A stretch of 64,000 nucleotides of DNA from Rhynchobatus australiae. Its lineage: Eukaryota. Location: contig JAUZTB010000087.1 of the NCBI GenBank assembly GCA_034780895.1, positions 85,353,411-85,417,410 of the forward strand, written 5' to 3'. This document shows, piece after piece, positions 38,687 through 52,117 of the stretch (position 1 is its first letter; each line of letters opens with the position of its first letter). Made by a program: the position numbers and the translations under genes. The notes under the pieces are model-generated. The model saw only the letters and a list, made by a program, of their open reading frames with translations. It ran no database searches and had not been told where the DNA came from.

Positions 38687-41042
38687 ATTTGTAATAAACT
38701 TAAAAGGCCCTTACCAAGCACTGAACAGGATCACTGATTGTGCAGCAGAGGTAGGAGGACTAGGGTTTCTTTATTATTATTGCATTATCAATCTGGGGTG
38801 CCTCCTTTGTTGAAAACATGCTGTCCTTTCCTCCCTGTCTCCCCCAGTGTTGAGGTTGGGCCTGCTTAAATAGCCATGGTCTCAAGTGATATCAGTCCCT
38901 CTCAGGGGTCAATCTCCAGAAAGGTGGGGTTTCACCCAGTCAGTGCCCATACATGCTCTTAGTAGAATCTATGATCTGCAAATCAGAGGTTATTATAGGT
39001 TAAAGCTGCACTCCAGGGAAAGCATGCACAGTCCAGGCGATACCTTGAAGTAGTTGTGCATTAAACAGCTTCAATAAATTATTCATAGGAAAGTATCCCA
39101 TCCTCAGTGGAATCAGAATGCCCTACAGAATACTTAGTTTTTTTTCTTACCTGCTTGTTGTCAGAGTTGGCATTATTGTTCACAGACCCTACCCACAGCA
39201 GGTACTTCCCACAACTTGTCCCTTATTTTCAGGAAACAATCTTGGCAACCCAAGTGGAAGTACACAATGATGATTAAGTTTACGTGAGTTCTGTCAGCTT
39301 TCATATAGTGTTTTTTAAACTGACAAAAATTTTGGGGAAACTATTTGCCTAGGAGATAATTTTTCTGTAAATTTCCTCAATTTTGTAACCATTCTGGTTA
39401 AACAGNNNNNNNNNNNNNNNNNNNNNNNNNNNNNNNNNNNNNNNNNNNNNNNNNNNNNNNNNNNNNNNNNNNNNNNNNNNNNNNNNNNNNNNNNNNNNNN
39501 NNNNNNNNNNNNNNNNNNNNNNNNNNNNNNNNNNNNNNNNNNNNNNNNNNNNNNNNNNNNNNNNNNNNNNNNNNNNNNNNNNNNNNNNNNNNNNNNNNNN
39601 NNNNNNNNNNNNNNNNNNNNNNNNNNNNNNNNNNNNNNNNNNNNNNNNNNNNNNNNNNNNNNNNNNNNNNNNNNNNNNNNNNNNNNNNNNNNNNNNNNNN
39701 NNNNNNNNNNNNNNNNNNNNNNNNNNNNNNNNNNNNNNNNNNNNNNCTTCTCAATTTTTCTTTGAATTTAAAAAAATTATCATGGTTATTTTTAAGAGAG
39801 CACATGAAATTAGAGATCTAATAAAACTCCTAAATCACACCTTTGTCTATCAGAAGAAGAATAAAAAGAAAGGAAAAATCCAGGTAGGGCGAGATTAGAA
39901 GGAAAAGACAAGAAAAATAGGAATCCCTTATTTTTGACCAAGCAAATAACTGCTGCGTTCATTGCTGTGGAATATTATTCTATTGTGCCCAGACCCTGAA
40001 AGATCATCTGCAGATATCAATTTTTAGTTCTTCAGTATGATAGCATTATCAACTAAATCAGCTTTGTTACAAAAATTGTTGCCACAGGATTGATGTAGGA
40101 TAACGAATAATTATTCAGTGCAGCAACCATGGCCGATAGTTCTTTTGTAGGTTTATACGTTAATCTGATATAGAAAGCACTGTTAACGTTTACAGGAAGG
40201 ATGTATGAGGAACGGTCCTTAGTCTGAAACATTCTCTTTCCATGGATGCTGCCTGACTGGCTGAGTTCTTCCAGATTTTGTTAAAAATTATTTACCTAAC
40301 TTAATGACAAGTTAATCATGATCGCATCAAATCAAAAACAAATGCAGAAAAATTGTTTGGTTACATTATGCATGAGAAATGCTGTTAACAAAGTATTATT
40401 TTCATGACACAAAAAATGGTACCTTTCATGAAAAACTACAGTGTTTGTGTGAGGTCCACAGAAACAATATTCTATCATGGCCCAACACATCATGCACAAT
40501 AAAATAGTACTTGTGAGCTTAAAAGAATTAAAAAGGCAAACTCTGCCATTGTAATGATCATAGCAAGAGTCAGTTAGGCACTGGATTGAGGGATGGTTGG
40601 TGAGGATCATGCTGAGGTTGGGTGAGGTTAAGGAGAAGATGGAGTGGTGGAAAATTAGTCAGGAAGGTGATCAGTTCTGGGTGTGTCCTGCATTCAGTCA
40701 GGGAAGCAAGAGGGAGAGTTAATGGGTTTTGGTCAGGGTCATGAAGAGTAATTATGGGATCTGATGACATCAGTATTGCATTGAAATGGTGGGAACAATC
40801 ACTAAGAAAACCACTTAAAAGAGAACCTGCCTGGAAAACGGACACATGGGATCCTAACAGTAAACTAGATAAGAGCAGTTTCCCTTTAACCAATGTAAAA
40901 GCAAAACAGTCAATCCTCCAGTTAGGGTTGTCTTTATTGTGCAGAATAACTTGCACGAGTAACCTCAAAACATGTATTGCATCCCATTTGATGTTACTCT
41001 GAGTGTCTCATGACATCAGTATGGAGACTGGCAGTCTCCATA

Positions 41043-41622
41043 GAGCCTACAAATTCAGACTTTTGATAAGATCCCTCTACCTAGTGCATAGAAACAATGC
41101 ACAATGAAAGAATTTCAAAACACCAAGACTACTACATTTTTAAGTGGATGATGTATTCCTGCAGTGTTAGTTTCCTGACAATGAAAGGAACTACAATCTG
41201 ATGGTTGTAATGAAGAAAATGTGTTACTTCCCACTCAGGCTCCAAATGTGCACGTTCTAACCAGTCAGCCTATCCACCACGTTCTCTCCTTGCCAGCTAT
41301 TCTTTAATTGGTCATACATATTCTGAACTGAAAATAGGATTTTAAAAAAATTGAAGGAGCCTACAAATTCAGACTTTTGATAAGATCCCTCCACCTAGTG
41401 CATAGAAACAATGCACAATGAAAGAATTTCAAAACACCAAGACTACTACATTTTTAAGTGGATGATGTANNNNNNNNNNNNNNNNNNNNNNNNNNNNNNN
41501 NNNNNNNNNNNNNNNNNNNNNNNNNNNNNNNNNNNNNNNNNNNNNNNNNNNNNNNNNNNNNNNNNNNNNTAATTGGTCATACATATTCTGAACTGAAAAT
41601 AGGATTTTAAAAAAATTGAAGG
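41043..41622. repeat. Near-identical ~314-bp direct tandem duplication; second copy interrupted by a gap
   Basis: gagcctacaaattcagac... starts at 41043 and 41357; the unit end ...aaaaattgaagga recurs at ~41356 and ~41622. Confidence 0.85.
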
Positions 41623-42469
41623 AATGGCAAATACTTAGTGCATAAAGTCAAAACTGCTGTCTGTTTTGAAGATATTCAAATTGTTCTAATGTACAAACTG
41701 GTAACACTTATCTAACTATACCAAGCCAAGGTATTTCTTAGCATTTGGAGTGACTGTAATCTAATTGGAGTGACTGATAGCGAATCTAACAAGCAAACAA
41801 AAAAAAATCAAATTTAACAGATGTGACCACTTTATGTTAAAGACTAATGTTATTTCAGTGATACAAAGATTCAAGGTGAAATTTGAATGTTGTCAGTCTT
41901 TTCCAAGACTTGTTGAAATGGTTTTGAATAAGAATGAGTTATCAGGGAAAAACACGGAATGAAAGGAAATGCATATAGATGCACCTATGTGTTTGTAGGC
42001 AAGTATTAATAAACCTTTATGGTGACCCTAGTGTTAGAGCTCATAATAAATTATATATCTTCAACTACGAGTTCATCTAGAGTATTAGCCTTGCCTATAA
42101 AAAGTGCAGTGGGTGTTTTGAGGTGTCACCCACTTCTAAATAAAGGATTCATAGACTTCTAAGGAAAGGATATTGTGTTGCAAATACTCTTTGCTGTACT
42201 TTTTTTTGGAGTTGCCTTCATCTGGTAAATTCTTAATTTTGTTTTGTTTCCCCTTAATTGGTGATTCTTAGCTTCGTTCTGTGTTGCCTCTATCATTGTA
42301 TTTGCATCATCTCCTTTGCAGAAAAGCATGTGATTCTGAGAGGTGAGAAAATACAAAGGTAATAACTCTAAGGGAAATTGATTGCTACCATTTCTCTAAT
42401 CTCCAGTATTCCCAATCCATCCAGACCCCTCCCTCTGGCCTCTTACTTTCTCTAGATTTATTCATTGAG

Positions 42470-43760
42470 ACTGCTGAGTGGACATTGACTACTTGTCCTT
42501 GGTAGTTTTGTGCTTCTTGAAAGTTGTTGGAGCTACATTCATGAGGATAGGTGGAGTGCATTCCATCATGCTGTTGCCTTGTCTCTTGGAAAAGCCTTGG
42601 ATTGTCAAGAAGTGAGTCATTTACTTTTGATCCAACATCTGATCTGCTCTTGTAGGTGCAATATGTCAGTGGCTGGTCTGGTTGAGGTACTGGTCATTGA
42701 TGACCCCAGAATATTGAAACTGGGGAACTCAGCAATGGTAATGCAATTGAATGTCAAGGATAAGTGATTTGATTCTCTATTGATGGAGATATTCATTGCC
42801 TGATACTTTTGTGTTGTTAATGATACCTGCCGAGATGTTGTCTGGATCTTGTTGCATGGAGACATGGGCTGCTTCATTTGCTGAGGGGCTGGGAATGGAA
42901 TTGAATATTGTGCAATCATCAGTGAACCCATCTCCACATCTAATATTTTGATGGATGGAAGGTCATTGAAACAACAGGAGATAGTTAGCAGTGCCCTAAG
43001 GAACTCTTGCAGTGATGTTCCAAGGCTGTGATGATTAAACTCTAACAACCACAATCATTTTTCTTTGTGTGAGGTATGGATCCAACTACTGGAATGTTTT
43101 CTGTTTGATCCCCATTGCCCAGTTTTACCATGGTGCCTTGTTGCTACATGTGGTTAATACTGCCTTGGCTAGTCACTTTTGCCTCCAGAAACCAGACCAT
43201 GTTTGATCCAAGTTCTGGAATCAAGTGGTAACTGGACAATTAGTGTGTAGATTATTAGAGAATGACTGCTGCTTGATAGCTCTGTCAGTGACACCTTCCA
43301 TCACTTTGTCTGGAGGGTAATTAGCCAGACTGATATGTTCTGCTTGTTGTGAATCTGGGATATTTTCCACAATTTCAGCTTGATGCCAGTGTTGTAACTG
43401 TACTGGAACAGCTTGGCTAGATATGTAACATGCTCTAGAGCACAGATATTTAAATTACAGCTGGAATACTGTGTTGTTCCATAGCTTTTGCTGAGACTAG
43501 TGATTTCAGTTGATTCATGGTATCATGTGGAATGAATCAGTTTGGCTGGCTTCTGTGATGGTGGGGATCAAAGGAAGAAGCAGAGATGGATCAACTATTC
43601 TGCACTTCTGGTGAATATAGTTGTGAATCTTCAATATTTCCTTTGGAACATGCTGGCCCCCATCATAACTGAGCTTGGAGATATCCTTGCAGTCTCCTCG
43701 TCCTGTTGGTTATTTGAATGACCACCACTATTCATGACTATTGTGGCAGGTCTGCGGAGC
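42470..43760 (-). mobile_element. Ancient CR1/L2-group LINE RT fragment
   Basis: ORF 42617-43054 remnants (LTFNCITIAEFPSFNILG); matches the family at 9730-10100. Confidence 0.6.
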
Positions 43761-44561
43761 TTCAATATGGTCCATTGTCTGTGAGATTATTTAGCTTTGT
43801 CATTTGCTCTTTAGCACACAGTCTTGTGACATTATTGCTTTTTAAATTGTTTTCAANNNNNNNNNNNNNNNNNNNNNNNNNNNNNNNNNNNNNNNNNNNN
43901 NNNNNNNNNNNNNNNNNNNNNNNNNNNNNNNNNNNNNNNNNNNNNNNNNNNNNNNNNNNNNNNNNNNNNNNNNNNNNNNNNNNNNNNNNNNNNNNNNNNN
44001 NNNNNNNNNNNNNNNNNNNNNNNNNNNNNNNNNNNNNNNNNNNNNNNNNNNNNNNNNNNNNNNNNNNNNNNNNNNNNNNNNNNNNNNNNNNNNNNNNNNN
44101 NNNNNNNNNNNNNNNNNNNNNNNNNNNNNNNNNNNNNNNNNNNNNNNNNNNNNNNNNNNNNNNNNNNNNNNNNNNNNNNNNNNNNNNNNNNNNNNNNNNN
44201 NNNNNNNNNNNNNNNNNNNNNNNNNNNNNNNNNNNNNNNNNNNNNNNNNNNNNNNNNNNNNNNNNNNNNNNNNNNNNNNNNNNNNNNNNNNNNNNNNNNN
44301 NNNNNNNNNNNNNNNNNNNNNNNNNNNNNNNNNNNNNNNNNNNCTCCAAGGTATTGGGGCACTGATCATAGTCAGAAAATGTAAGGTGCAGCAGATTTCC
44401 TGCTTTCTAGGCCCATTACTCTCCAGGCAAGATTTTGCGCTAGAATAATGTCTCCACAGTTTTGGGAACTAATGTCTTATGTTTTAAAATGTATTTCATT
44501 TTAGTTTATTTGTTCAGGATGAAACATGACCAATCTATTTATCACGCATTATCTCTTGCAG

Positions 44562-44651
44562 GGTGTATTATGTTGCCGCCTGGGGTGTGCCATTCTTTCT
44601 ATCCTGTCTTCCGCTCTTTGGAGATTACTATGGCCCTGCTGGAGCATGGTG
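44562..44651 (+). CDS. Exon D of the 7TM receptor, TM4/ECL2: (V)VYYVAAWGVPFFLSCLPLFGDYYGPAGAW(C)
   Basis: ...tctcttgcag acceptor; TGGTG|gtaagg donor; 90 nt, phase 2-2; WGVP TM4 motif and YGPAGAW loop. Confidence 0.93.
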
Positions 44652-45329
44652 GTAAGGATCTGATTGTACAAGCAGGTGATACAAATTCTGCTTAGAGGAT
44701 GTCAACTGTTTTTTAGCAGAAAAATGAATTAATGCGCAAAGAAGATAGTTTCAGAGATTGGGTCTTATTTTGAGTTATAAATTTATTGTAATTGAGGGCC
44801 CTGTACAAAGGAAATCACACATTAAAAATTGTATCTGTATAATATCGTTACTAAAAATAATATTTTTATCATTTTCAGAGATATAACAAATTATAAAATT
44901 GTTTTTTTTTGTTTGTTGCTTTTGCTCACTTTTCATTTCCTTCACTGAAGTTAGTGAAGCATATTGAGTTATGGTTTCATAGATCAGCAAAAAATCTTCT
45001 GTGATAGCAGTTACTGTATAATGTTGATATACATAATAAGAATATTCCATGCTAAGCAGCTTAAACTAGTTTGAGGGATGACAACACAAGTAAAGCTGCA
45101 GTAAGGCTTCTGAAAGATTCCGAGTGGGGAAAAAAATGAAGGTTTCTGCAGGTTCTGGGTACACTACAATGCAAATAACACACACATGTATCATAATGAA
45201 GAACAAACACTTCCATTTCTTTGCCTTTAAAAACAAAGAATAAGTGTCGCAAAGCACACAGCTTCAGTAAAACATTGCTTGCAGAATCCTGACATCAGAA
45301 AACTCTCTTGTCAGATTCTTTTGTCTCTT

Positions 45330-46620
45330 CGGTTTGAGGGTGATTTACTTCCACTCTGATTCTGTGGGTTCTGAAATGACTGATGAGGTCAATATGGGAA
45401 CTGCAGATTTTTCCACAGATGGAGCAGCAAGTTGTTGATGAGGTTAGTAGGTGGGTGATTCATGAGGTCATGTACTTCTATTGTTTACGCAGGGCATCTG
45501 TGTACCCATGCACTTGAGGTTCTCAATATTATCCTAAATGCCCCTTCTCCACTTTAAGCAGGGATTCCTAAGAGTTTATGAGAATGTTGCATTTTTTTCA
45601 GGAAGGCTTTGAGTACAGTCTTGATTCTTTTCCACTGTTTGCCTAGTGGCTTCTTGCCATGACAGAGCTTGGAATACAGTATCCCTTTTAGGAGCCTGGT
45701 ATTGGGCATGTGAGTAAATTAGCCTGCCCAACAAAGCTGATGGAGTGCAACTAGGGTTTCAATGCTGTGGATGTTGTCCCAGGAGAAAATACATATGATG
45801 GTTCACTTATTCTTCCAGTAAATTTGGAGGATTTTGCTGAGATAGTGTTGATGGTATCTTTCCAATGCCTTGAGGTGTCTGCTGTAGATAGTCCAAGTCT
45901 CAAAACAGACAGGAAGGCAGGGATGGCCACTGCCCAGCTGACCATGAATTATGCGCAGGTCTTGATCCTCAATTGACCAAACGCAATGCTGGCATGTCTG
46001 GCTGTGCCAAGTGTTAGCTTCTGGGATCTGAGAAGTTGACTGCATTTTCCAGGGTTTCTCCCTGGAAGAAACAATTCAATAAACAGAATTTTTATTGTTG
46101 GAGGGTAGTGTTTTACAGTGGGGATGGCATGTTAGAGGATATTTTGTATTGGGAATGTTGGGTGTAAAGCCCATCCACTCAAATGCCTCAGTGAACAGGT
46201 TAACAACAGCTTGGAGCTTAGCCTTTTGAGTAAGAACCATTTTGCATATTGCACTTGATTACTGAGTTTTGGGTGACTTTGGTTCTGAAGTATAGATGCC
46301 ATAGGTTGAATAATTTCCAACCAATTCTGAAGATTAGCTCCACTCTCATGGGAAGTCTGTTGGAGGTGAGGTGCAGCATTGCAGGAAAAAAAAATTGAAA
46401 GAACTGTTGTGGTAAGCCTTGTTTGGTGCCACTCTCGACTGAGATTGGCTCTGTTGAAAAACTTGGTCAGATCTTCGACAATATTCATCAAAGAAGCTGC
46501 AATCTGGATGTTTATTTGAGGATGGACTTCATTTATAAGCAGAACCACTCACCTTTAGGCCACCGCTTGGAACAGGGCCTACAGCTTTTCAAATTTGTCT
46601 GCTGTTTCTGCAGTACCGTT
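45330..46620 (-). mobile_element. Decayed RTE-clade LINE
   Basis: ETWTIYSRHLKALERYHQHYLSKILQIYW (ORF 45803-46045) is a typical RTE C-terminal motif; RT remnants upstream. Confidence 0.75.
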
Positions 46621-47557
46621 GCAAAAAATTACATCCCTTATGTTATTGTCACACCTTTTTCTTAAGTTTGTAAGTAAATATCATATAAAAGCTGGTAACT
46701 CACCAGAGTTAGTACTTGTAATTTAACTGTGATGCACACTAAACTATTTGGGCATGTTTCTTCTCTGCCAATATTCCAAGGACAATATTACCATTGCAAA
46801 ATCAAGTCCATATTTAATGTCAATGTATGCCATTGCCAAAGATCTATCCACTCCCATTTTTTTTCCAGGATCACAAATTTGGGTTTAAAGCATAGGTCAG
46901 TCTGGTGAAATTATGACTGTAGTTGGGATGAAATTCCTCATGTGCACATTTCAGCAAAATGGGTAAAATATCTTAAGGAGCAAAAAAAACACAGCTGGAG
47001 GAACTCAACGAGTTGAACAGCATCTGTGGAGGCATCCAGTCTTAAAGTAGATTTTTGTTTCAGATTCCAGCATCTACAGTCTTATGTGTCTCCAGAAATT
47101 ATTGGGGATCATTCTACAGCAGTCAGATGTTATTAACAGGAATGTGCAGGTTTCCCTGCAAAGTAATTTGATAGGCCCTCCTCATCTGGATATATCATGT
47201 GGTCATGGGTGGGCTTGTGAATTACAACATAGGTATTATCTAGTAATTACTTTTTAAAGTTACTGGATCGGAATTGCATGAGACACTTTAAATGTATTTC
47301 TTAATCATTCTTTTTGTCTGGCTCAATAAAGTGTTTAGCAAGTAAGTGATAGAGTGAACACACCTCAAGTAATTTGTGTATTATTATCTTTGCTTCAGAA
47401 TGTAACAAATGTGGTTACACTGGTTCAGCATCTTTCTCCAGCTGGTTGTTAAGATGTCGTGCAATCTCAACTCAATTTTTTTTAAGATTTACTTTGCCTC
47501 TCTACAATTTTATAAATTCACTTATAAAATCCATTCATCCTCTACATATTCTTTGTA

Positions 47558-47851
47558 CACGGTAGCGTAGCGGTTAGCGTAACACAATTACAGTGCCAGC
47601 GACCCGGGTTCAATTCCTGCCGCTGTCTGTAAGGAGTTTTTCATTCTCCTCATGTCTGCGTGGGTTTCCTCCAGGTGCTCCGGTTTCCTCCCACATTCCA
47701 AAGATGTACAGGGTAGGAAGTTGTGGGCATGCTCTGTTGGCGCTGGAAGAGTGGCGATACTTGTGGGCTGACCCCAGAACACTCTATGCAAAAAGATGTA
47801 TTTCACTGTGTGTTTCGATGTACATGTGACCAATAAAGGGATCTTATCTTA
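47558..47851 (+). mobile_element. Well-preserved tRNA-derived V-SINE with non-CR1 (Rex/Babar-like) tail
   Basis: A box ggtagcgtagcggtt, B box ggttcaattcc, V-core tgtctgcgtgggtttcctccaggtgctccggtttcctcccaca, tail gtacatgtgaccaataaagggatcttatcttat; many CpGs retained. Confidence 0.85.
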
Positions 47852-48413
47852 TGTAAGTCAGCTTTGTCTTTGTGAGGTCACTTTCACTTCTGAATCTGCT
47901 TGCATTCTCCCTTTACAATTGTAAGTTCCCCTGGAAAATGGGGAAGATTATCCAAGCACATCCTTTGGATACCAAAATGCTTGGGAAAAGAATGAACATT
48001 TATCCAAAATATTAATTTTAAGCCATTAAGAATGGTCACAGTTGTAATCAAATGATGTATGATGAATCAATACTTGCCAACATATAGTTTTTGAATAGAT
48101 GAAATTCAGTTTGGCAGGGACATGATTTTTACAAAACTTGCCAATTTACCACCTTGTGCACCATTTGAGTTTTACTCAGCAGTATTTAATGCCAAGACAT
48201 TCTGATTTTGAGAAGTAGAGTCCAATAAATTACATATAAAGGAGTTAAATACTTTTGCATATAAATTTCAAAGTGTTTTTGAACCATTGTNNNNNNNNNN
48301 NNNNNNNNNNNNNNNNNNNNNNNNNNNNNNNNNNNNNNNNNNNNNNNNNNNNNNNNNNNNNNNNNNNNNNNNNNNNNNNNNNNNNNNNNNAGTGTTTTTG
48401 AACCATTGTGAGC

Positions 48414-51400
48414 TGTTATAAACTTACGTGCAGATGTCCTTTTTGGCATGGGACTTTGGGGATTCACGCTTTTGTCTCCGTCACCCTTCTCGTTGCTCTC
48501 ACACCATCAGTTGCTTATTTTTTACCGTGAATAACCATGTTTCAGTAAAAAAAACGTTTATTCTACTGCATTGTTGTCATTCTTGCTCCGCGGATACGTA
48601 ACAATTGGAGACGGATCTAAACAAAAATGGCCTCTCTACTTCAAGCACCCAATCTATTTTGGACCAAAACTATGGCAAAACCACACCAGAAATCTGGCTG
48701 CAATGTTAAAAAACCCTCCTAGGACTACATCAAACTTCTCCCAATTTTAACACTGACGGCGGAACTGGAGGAAGCAACGAAACAGCTCATCACAGGGGGC
48801 AGTCAAGAGAAGCCATATGCAGATTCAACCACTTCCATCACCACTTATTCAGGCAGTACTGGAGTGAGAACTCCCTCCCAAAAACGTCAATGTTTGCCAG
48901 CGTTTGCTGACCTGCATCTCCCATTCAAAATTACACCAGCCTCCACAGAGATGCCATCACTGTGATGAAAGTCACATCCAGTGGTCCGACTGCAAGCATC
49001 AAAAGGCAGTCTGCTGATTCTGTCAGAAGGTAGGGCACCTCGAAAAGGTGTGCTTTGCAAAGCAACGCGCCTGAGAAAACGATAGAATTTGACCATCAAC
49101 TCCATGCAAGGAGACGGCCGATGCAAAGAAGTGGACACTATTTTCCAAAGCCATGAAATAGACAATCAGAACTAGCTCCGTACTTAGTTACGCTCACAGT
49201 GGGCAACCAGACCATGAAATCTGAGTTGGATTCCGGATCACCCATCACCTTGGTAAGCGAAATACTTTTACGCCAGATCCCAAAATTACAATCCGCAAAC
49301 TAGGTCTTCCGCAACTACACTGGAGATAGCATCGACGTACACTGTGTATTCATGACAGAAGTGGTCCACCATGCAGACCTGTTCCATTTACCAGTGCATA
49401 TTGTCGGGGGAGACCAACAGCCTAATTTGTTGGGCAGAGACTGGATTAAAAATATTCCATCGGTGCTGTCCTACATTAATCGTATTGACAGAAACCCCGC
49501 ATTGAATCCTATACTACAGAAGCACCAGTGTTTTTTCCAAGCTGACACTTCAGGTCAATACCACGGTCTGGCAGTTAAGTTCAAATTTAAGGAGAACTGT
49601 CAGCTGAAGTTTTACAAGGCCCACCCAGTGCCATATGCTATGGGCCCAAAGGTAGAAGAAGAACTTGACCACCTACAGAGAGTGGATGTGATAGACCCAA
49701 TGCAGTACTCAGAGTGGGCAGCTCCAATCATACCCGTCCTCAAGTGTGATAGATCGGTACACATCTGCAGTGATTACAAACTGACCGCTAACCCCACATT
49801 GAAACTGAACACATATCCACTGCCACGGATTGAAGACTTGTATGCATCCCTGAGGTCAAGAATTCTCAACACTAGACCTGAAACATGCCTACAATCGGGT
49901 CACTTTGGATGAAGACTCTCGCGATGTTACGACAATCGACACACACACAGGCCTGTATCGGTACAAGCAGCTGCCATTTGGAGTGAGTTCTGTACCTGGT
50001 ATATTCCAATGCCTTATTGATAATTTAGTAAAGGATATTCCTCACGCCTATGCATACCTTGATGATGTTTCAGTAATTGGTACATCAGAGTCCCATCATC
50101 TTGAGACACTAGACAGAGTACTTTCTCATTTAGAGGTAACTAACTTTACGCTAAAGAAGGAGTAATACACACAGCATCCTGTGTTTCAAGGTCAACAAGA
50201 CAGGTCTCCATCCACAGGAGCACAAAATAAAAGCCTTAAAAGAGGTCCCACATCCATGAAACGTGGCATAATTACGCTCATCCCTAGGACTAGTCACGCA
50301 GTACAATCAGTTCATAAACCAATCAGCTACAGCGCTGAAGCCCTTATACCGATTACTCTAGAAGGACCAGCACTGGGTATGGTCAAGAATTGAGCGAAAG
50401 GCATTCAAACTACTAAAAACTGTCCACAGTTCTTTGTCTGTGTTGGTGCAATATGATCCAGAAAAAACAATAGTTATTAATTGTGACGCATTGCCATATG
50501 GGGTCAGGGCTGTCCTGCTACATCGAATGCCTTGCAGAACAGGTGCCTATTGCTTTTGCTTCAAGGACAATGTCTCAGGTGGAGACAGACTATTCACAGC
50601 ACGATGAAGAAGCCCTAGCTATTATGTTTGGCATCAAGCACTTCCACTTATACATTCTTGGGCGTCCTCTCGAAATCCACACAGATCATAGGCCTTTGCT
50701 CGGTTTAATGGGGGAGACACGAGGTATCTAATAAATGTCATCACTGAGAATGCAATGAAGGGCATTGACCTTATCCACTTACTCTTACACAATGAAGTAT
50801 ACCCCGGAAACAAAAATGTTGTTGCAGATGCCTTAAGCAGATTACCAATTGTTAAAGGCATAGCATCCGACACCCCTCCATTCAAGGTTGTTCACCTGTT
50901 ACAAAGCCTAGATGAAACACCAATCAAAAGTCACCTCATTTAGCAGTGGACAGCCCATGATCCACTTCTATCACAGGTAAAAAGAGCACTACNNNNNNNN
51001 NNNNNNNNNNNNNNNNNNNNNNNNNNNNNNNNNNNNNNNNNNNNNNNNNNNNNNNNNNNNNNNNNNNNNNNNNNNNNNNNNNNNNNNNNNNNAAGAATGG
51101 TATTAGGCACCTGACAACAGCTCCATATCATGCAGCATCAAATGGCTTGGCTGAACAAGCAGTGCAAACTGTGAAACAAGGTCTTTCTAAATAAACAGAG
51201 GGTGACTTGATGAAGAAATTAAGCCATTTTCTTTTCCATTACCAAATTACCCCAAATGGACCAACAGGTGCATTCCTCACCGAATTAATGTTCAAGCATA
51301 TTTTACGCACCAGATTCAAACTTCTACAGCCAGTTGTCCAGGAATGAATTTGCAGCAAATAAGAAGCCGTGAAACAAAACTACGATACTCACACTGGGCC

Positions 51401-52117
51401 ACGGACATTTGGTGATCATGACAAAGTCTACACTCGACTCATGCACGAAGAAAACTGGCAACCAGCCGTCGTCCGGCATTGTAACAGTCAAGTTGCAGAA
51501 CTTGAACTGACAGACAGATGAATTGTCAGGCGACATTTGGATCGTGTATGCTGGTGAATTGACAGAGGACCCAGCGAAGCCACAGAAGAGTTCTTTGCTG
51601 ATGAAGCAGTCATTCCAGCAGATTAACCAACGGATGCCTCATCAAGAGAGGAGGAGGTTCACAGCCCACCGACCTAAGCATTGGCTAATCAGGAAAACAC
51701 AGAGAGAAGCTGCCCATGTCTGGTGGTCCACAAGGGTGCGTCGGCTGGTCGACCAGTACCAGACAGGATAGTGACGGAAAAACCATCTCACTGTTTTTCT
51801 ATGTTCACCTATCTTATTTCTTCCCCTGTACTTCCCTTCTATGGGGCGAGGGATGAACCGTACAGAGAATACGTCAAGTACCACGCATGCACCTGTGTGC
51901 GTCTGTCACTTGATCACTCAATGGATCAATAGCGTTCTCCAATGCATGGACGTCCTTTATGATGCAGAACTTCGGGGACCCGCGCGCTTTTGTCTCTATC
52001 GGCCTTCTCGTTGCTCTCGCACTGTAAGTTGCTTAGTTTTTATGTAATTATCATGCTTCAGTAAAAAAAATATTTATTCTACTGCACCGTTGTCATTTTT
52101 GCTCCGTGCATACATAA
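48414..52117 (+). mobile_element. Decayed Ty3/Gypsy LTR retrotransposon (Mag-like)
   Basis: Partial 5' LTR ending tacgtaaca at 48603; PBS-like tggagacgga; twin Zn knuckles 48952-49053; protease LDSG (49226-49237) and LLGRDW; RT YPLPRIED, LPFG, YLDD; RNase H IAFASR, TDHRPL, VADALSRLP; integrase PYHAASNGLAE (~51120); PPT ggggcgaggga; 3' LTR ~51854-52117. Multiple stops and frameshifts. Confidence 0.95.

Noticed and set aside
47558-47630. tRNA-like sequence with A and B boxes
   Set aside because: It runs directly into the V-SINE core and no complete cloverleaf is evident; it is a SINE head, not a tRNA gene.
49352-50943. Gypsy pol ORFs as a domesticated host gene
   Set aside because: Broken by several stops and frameshifts and still flanked by LTRs; consistent with neutral decay.
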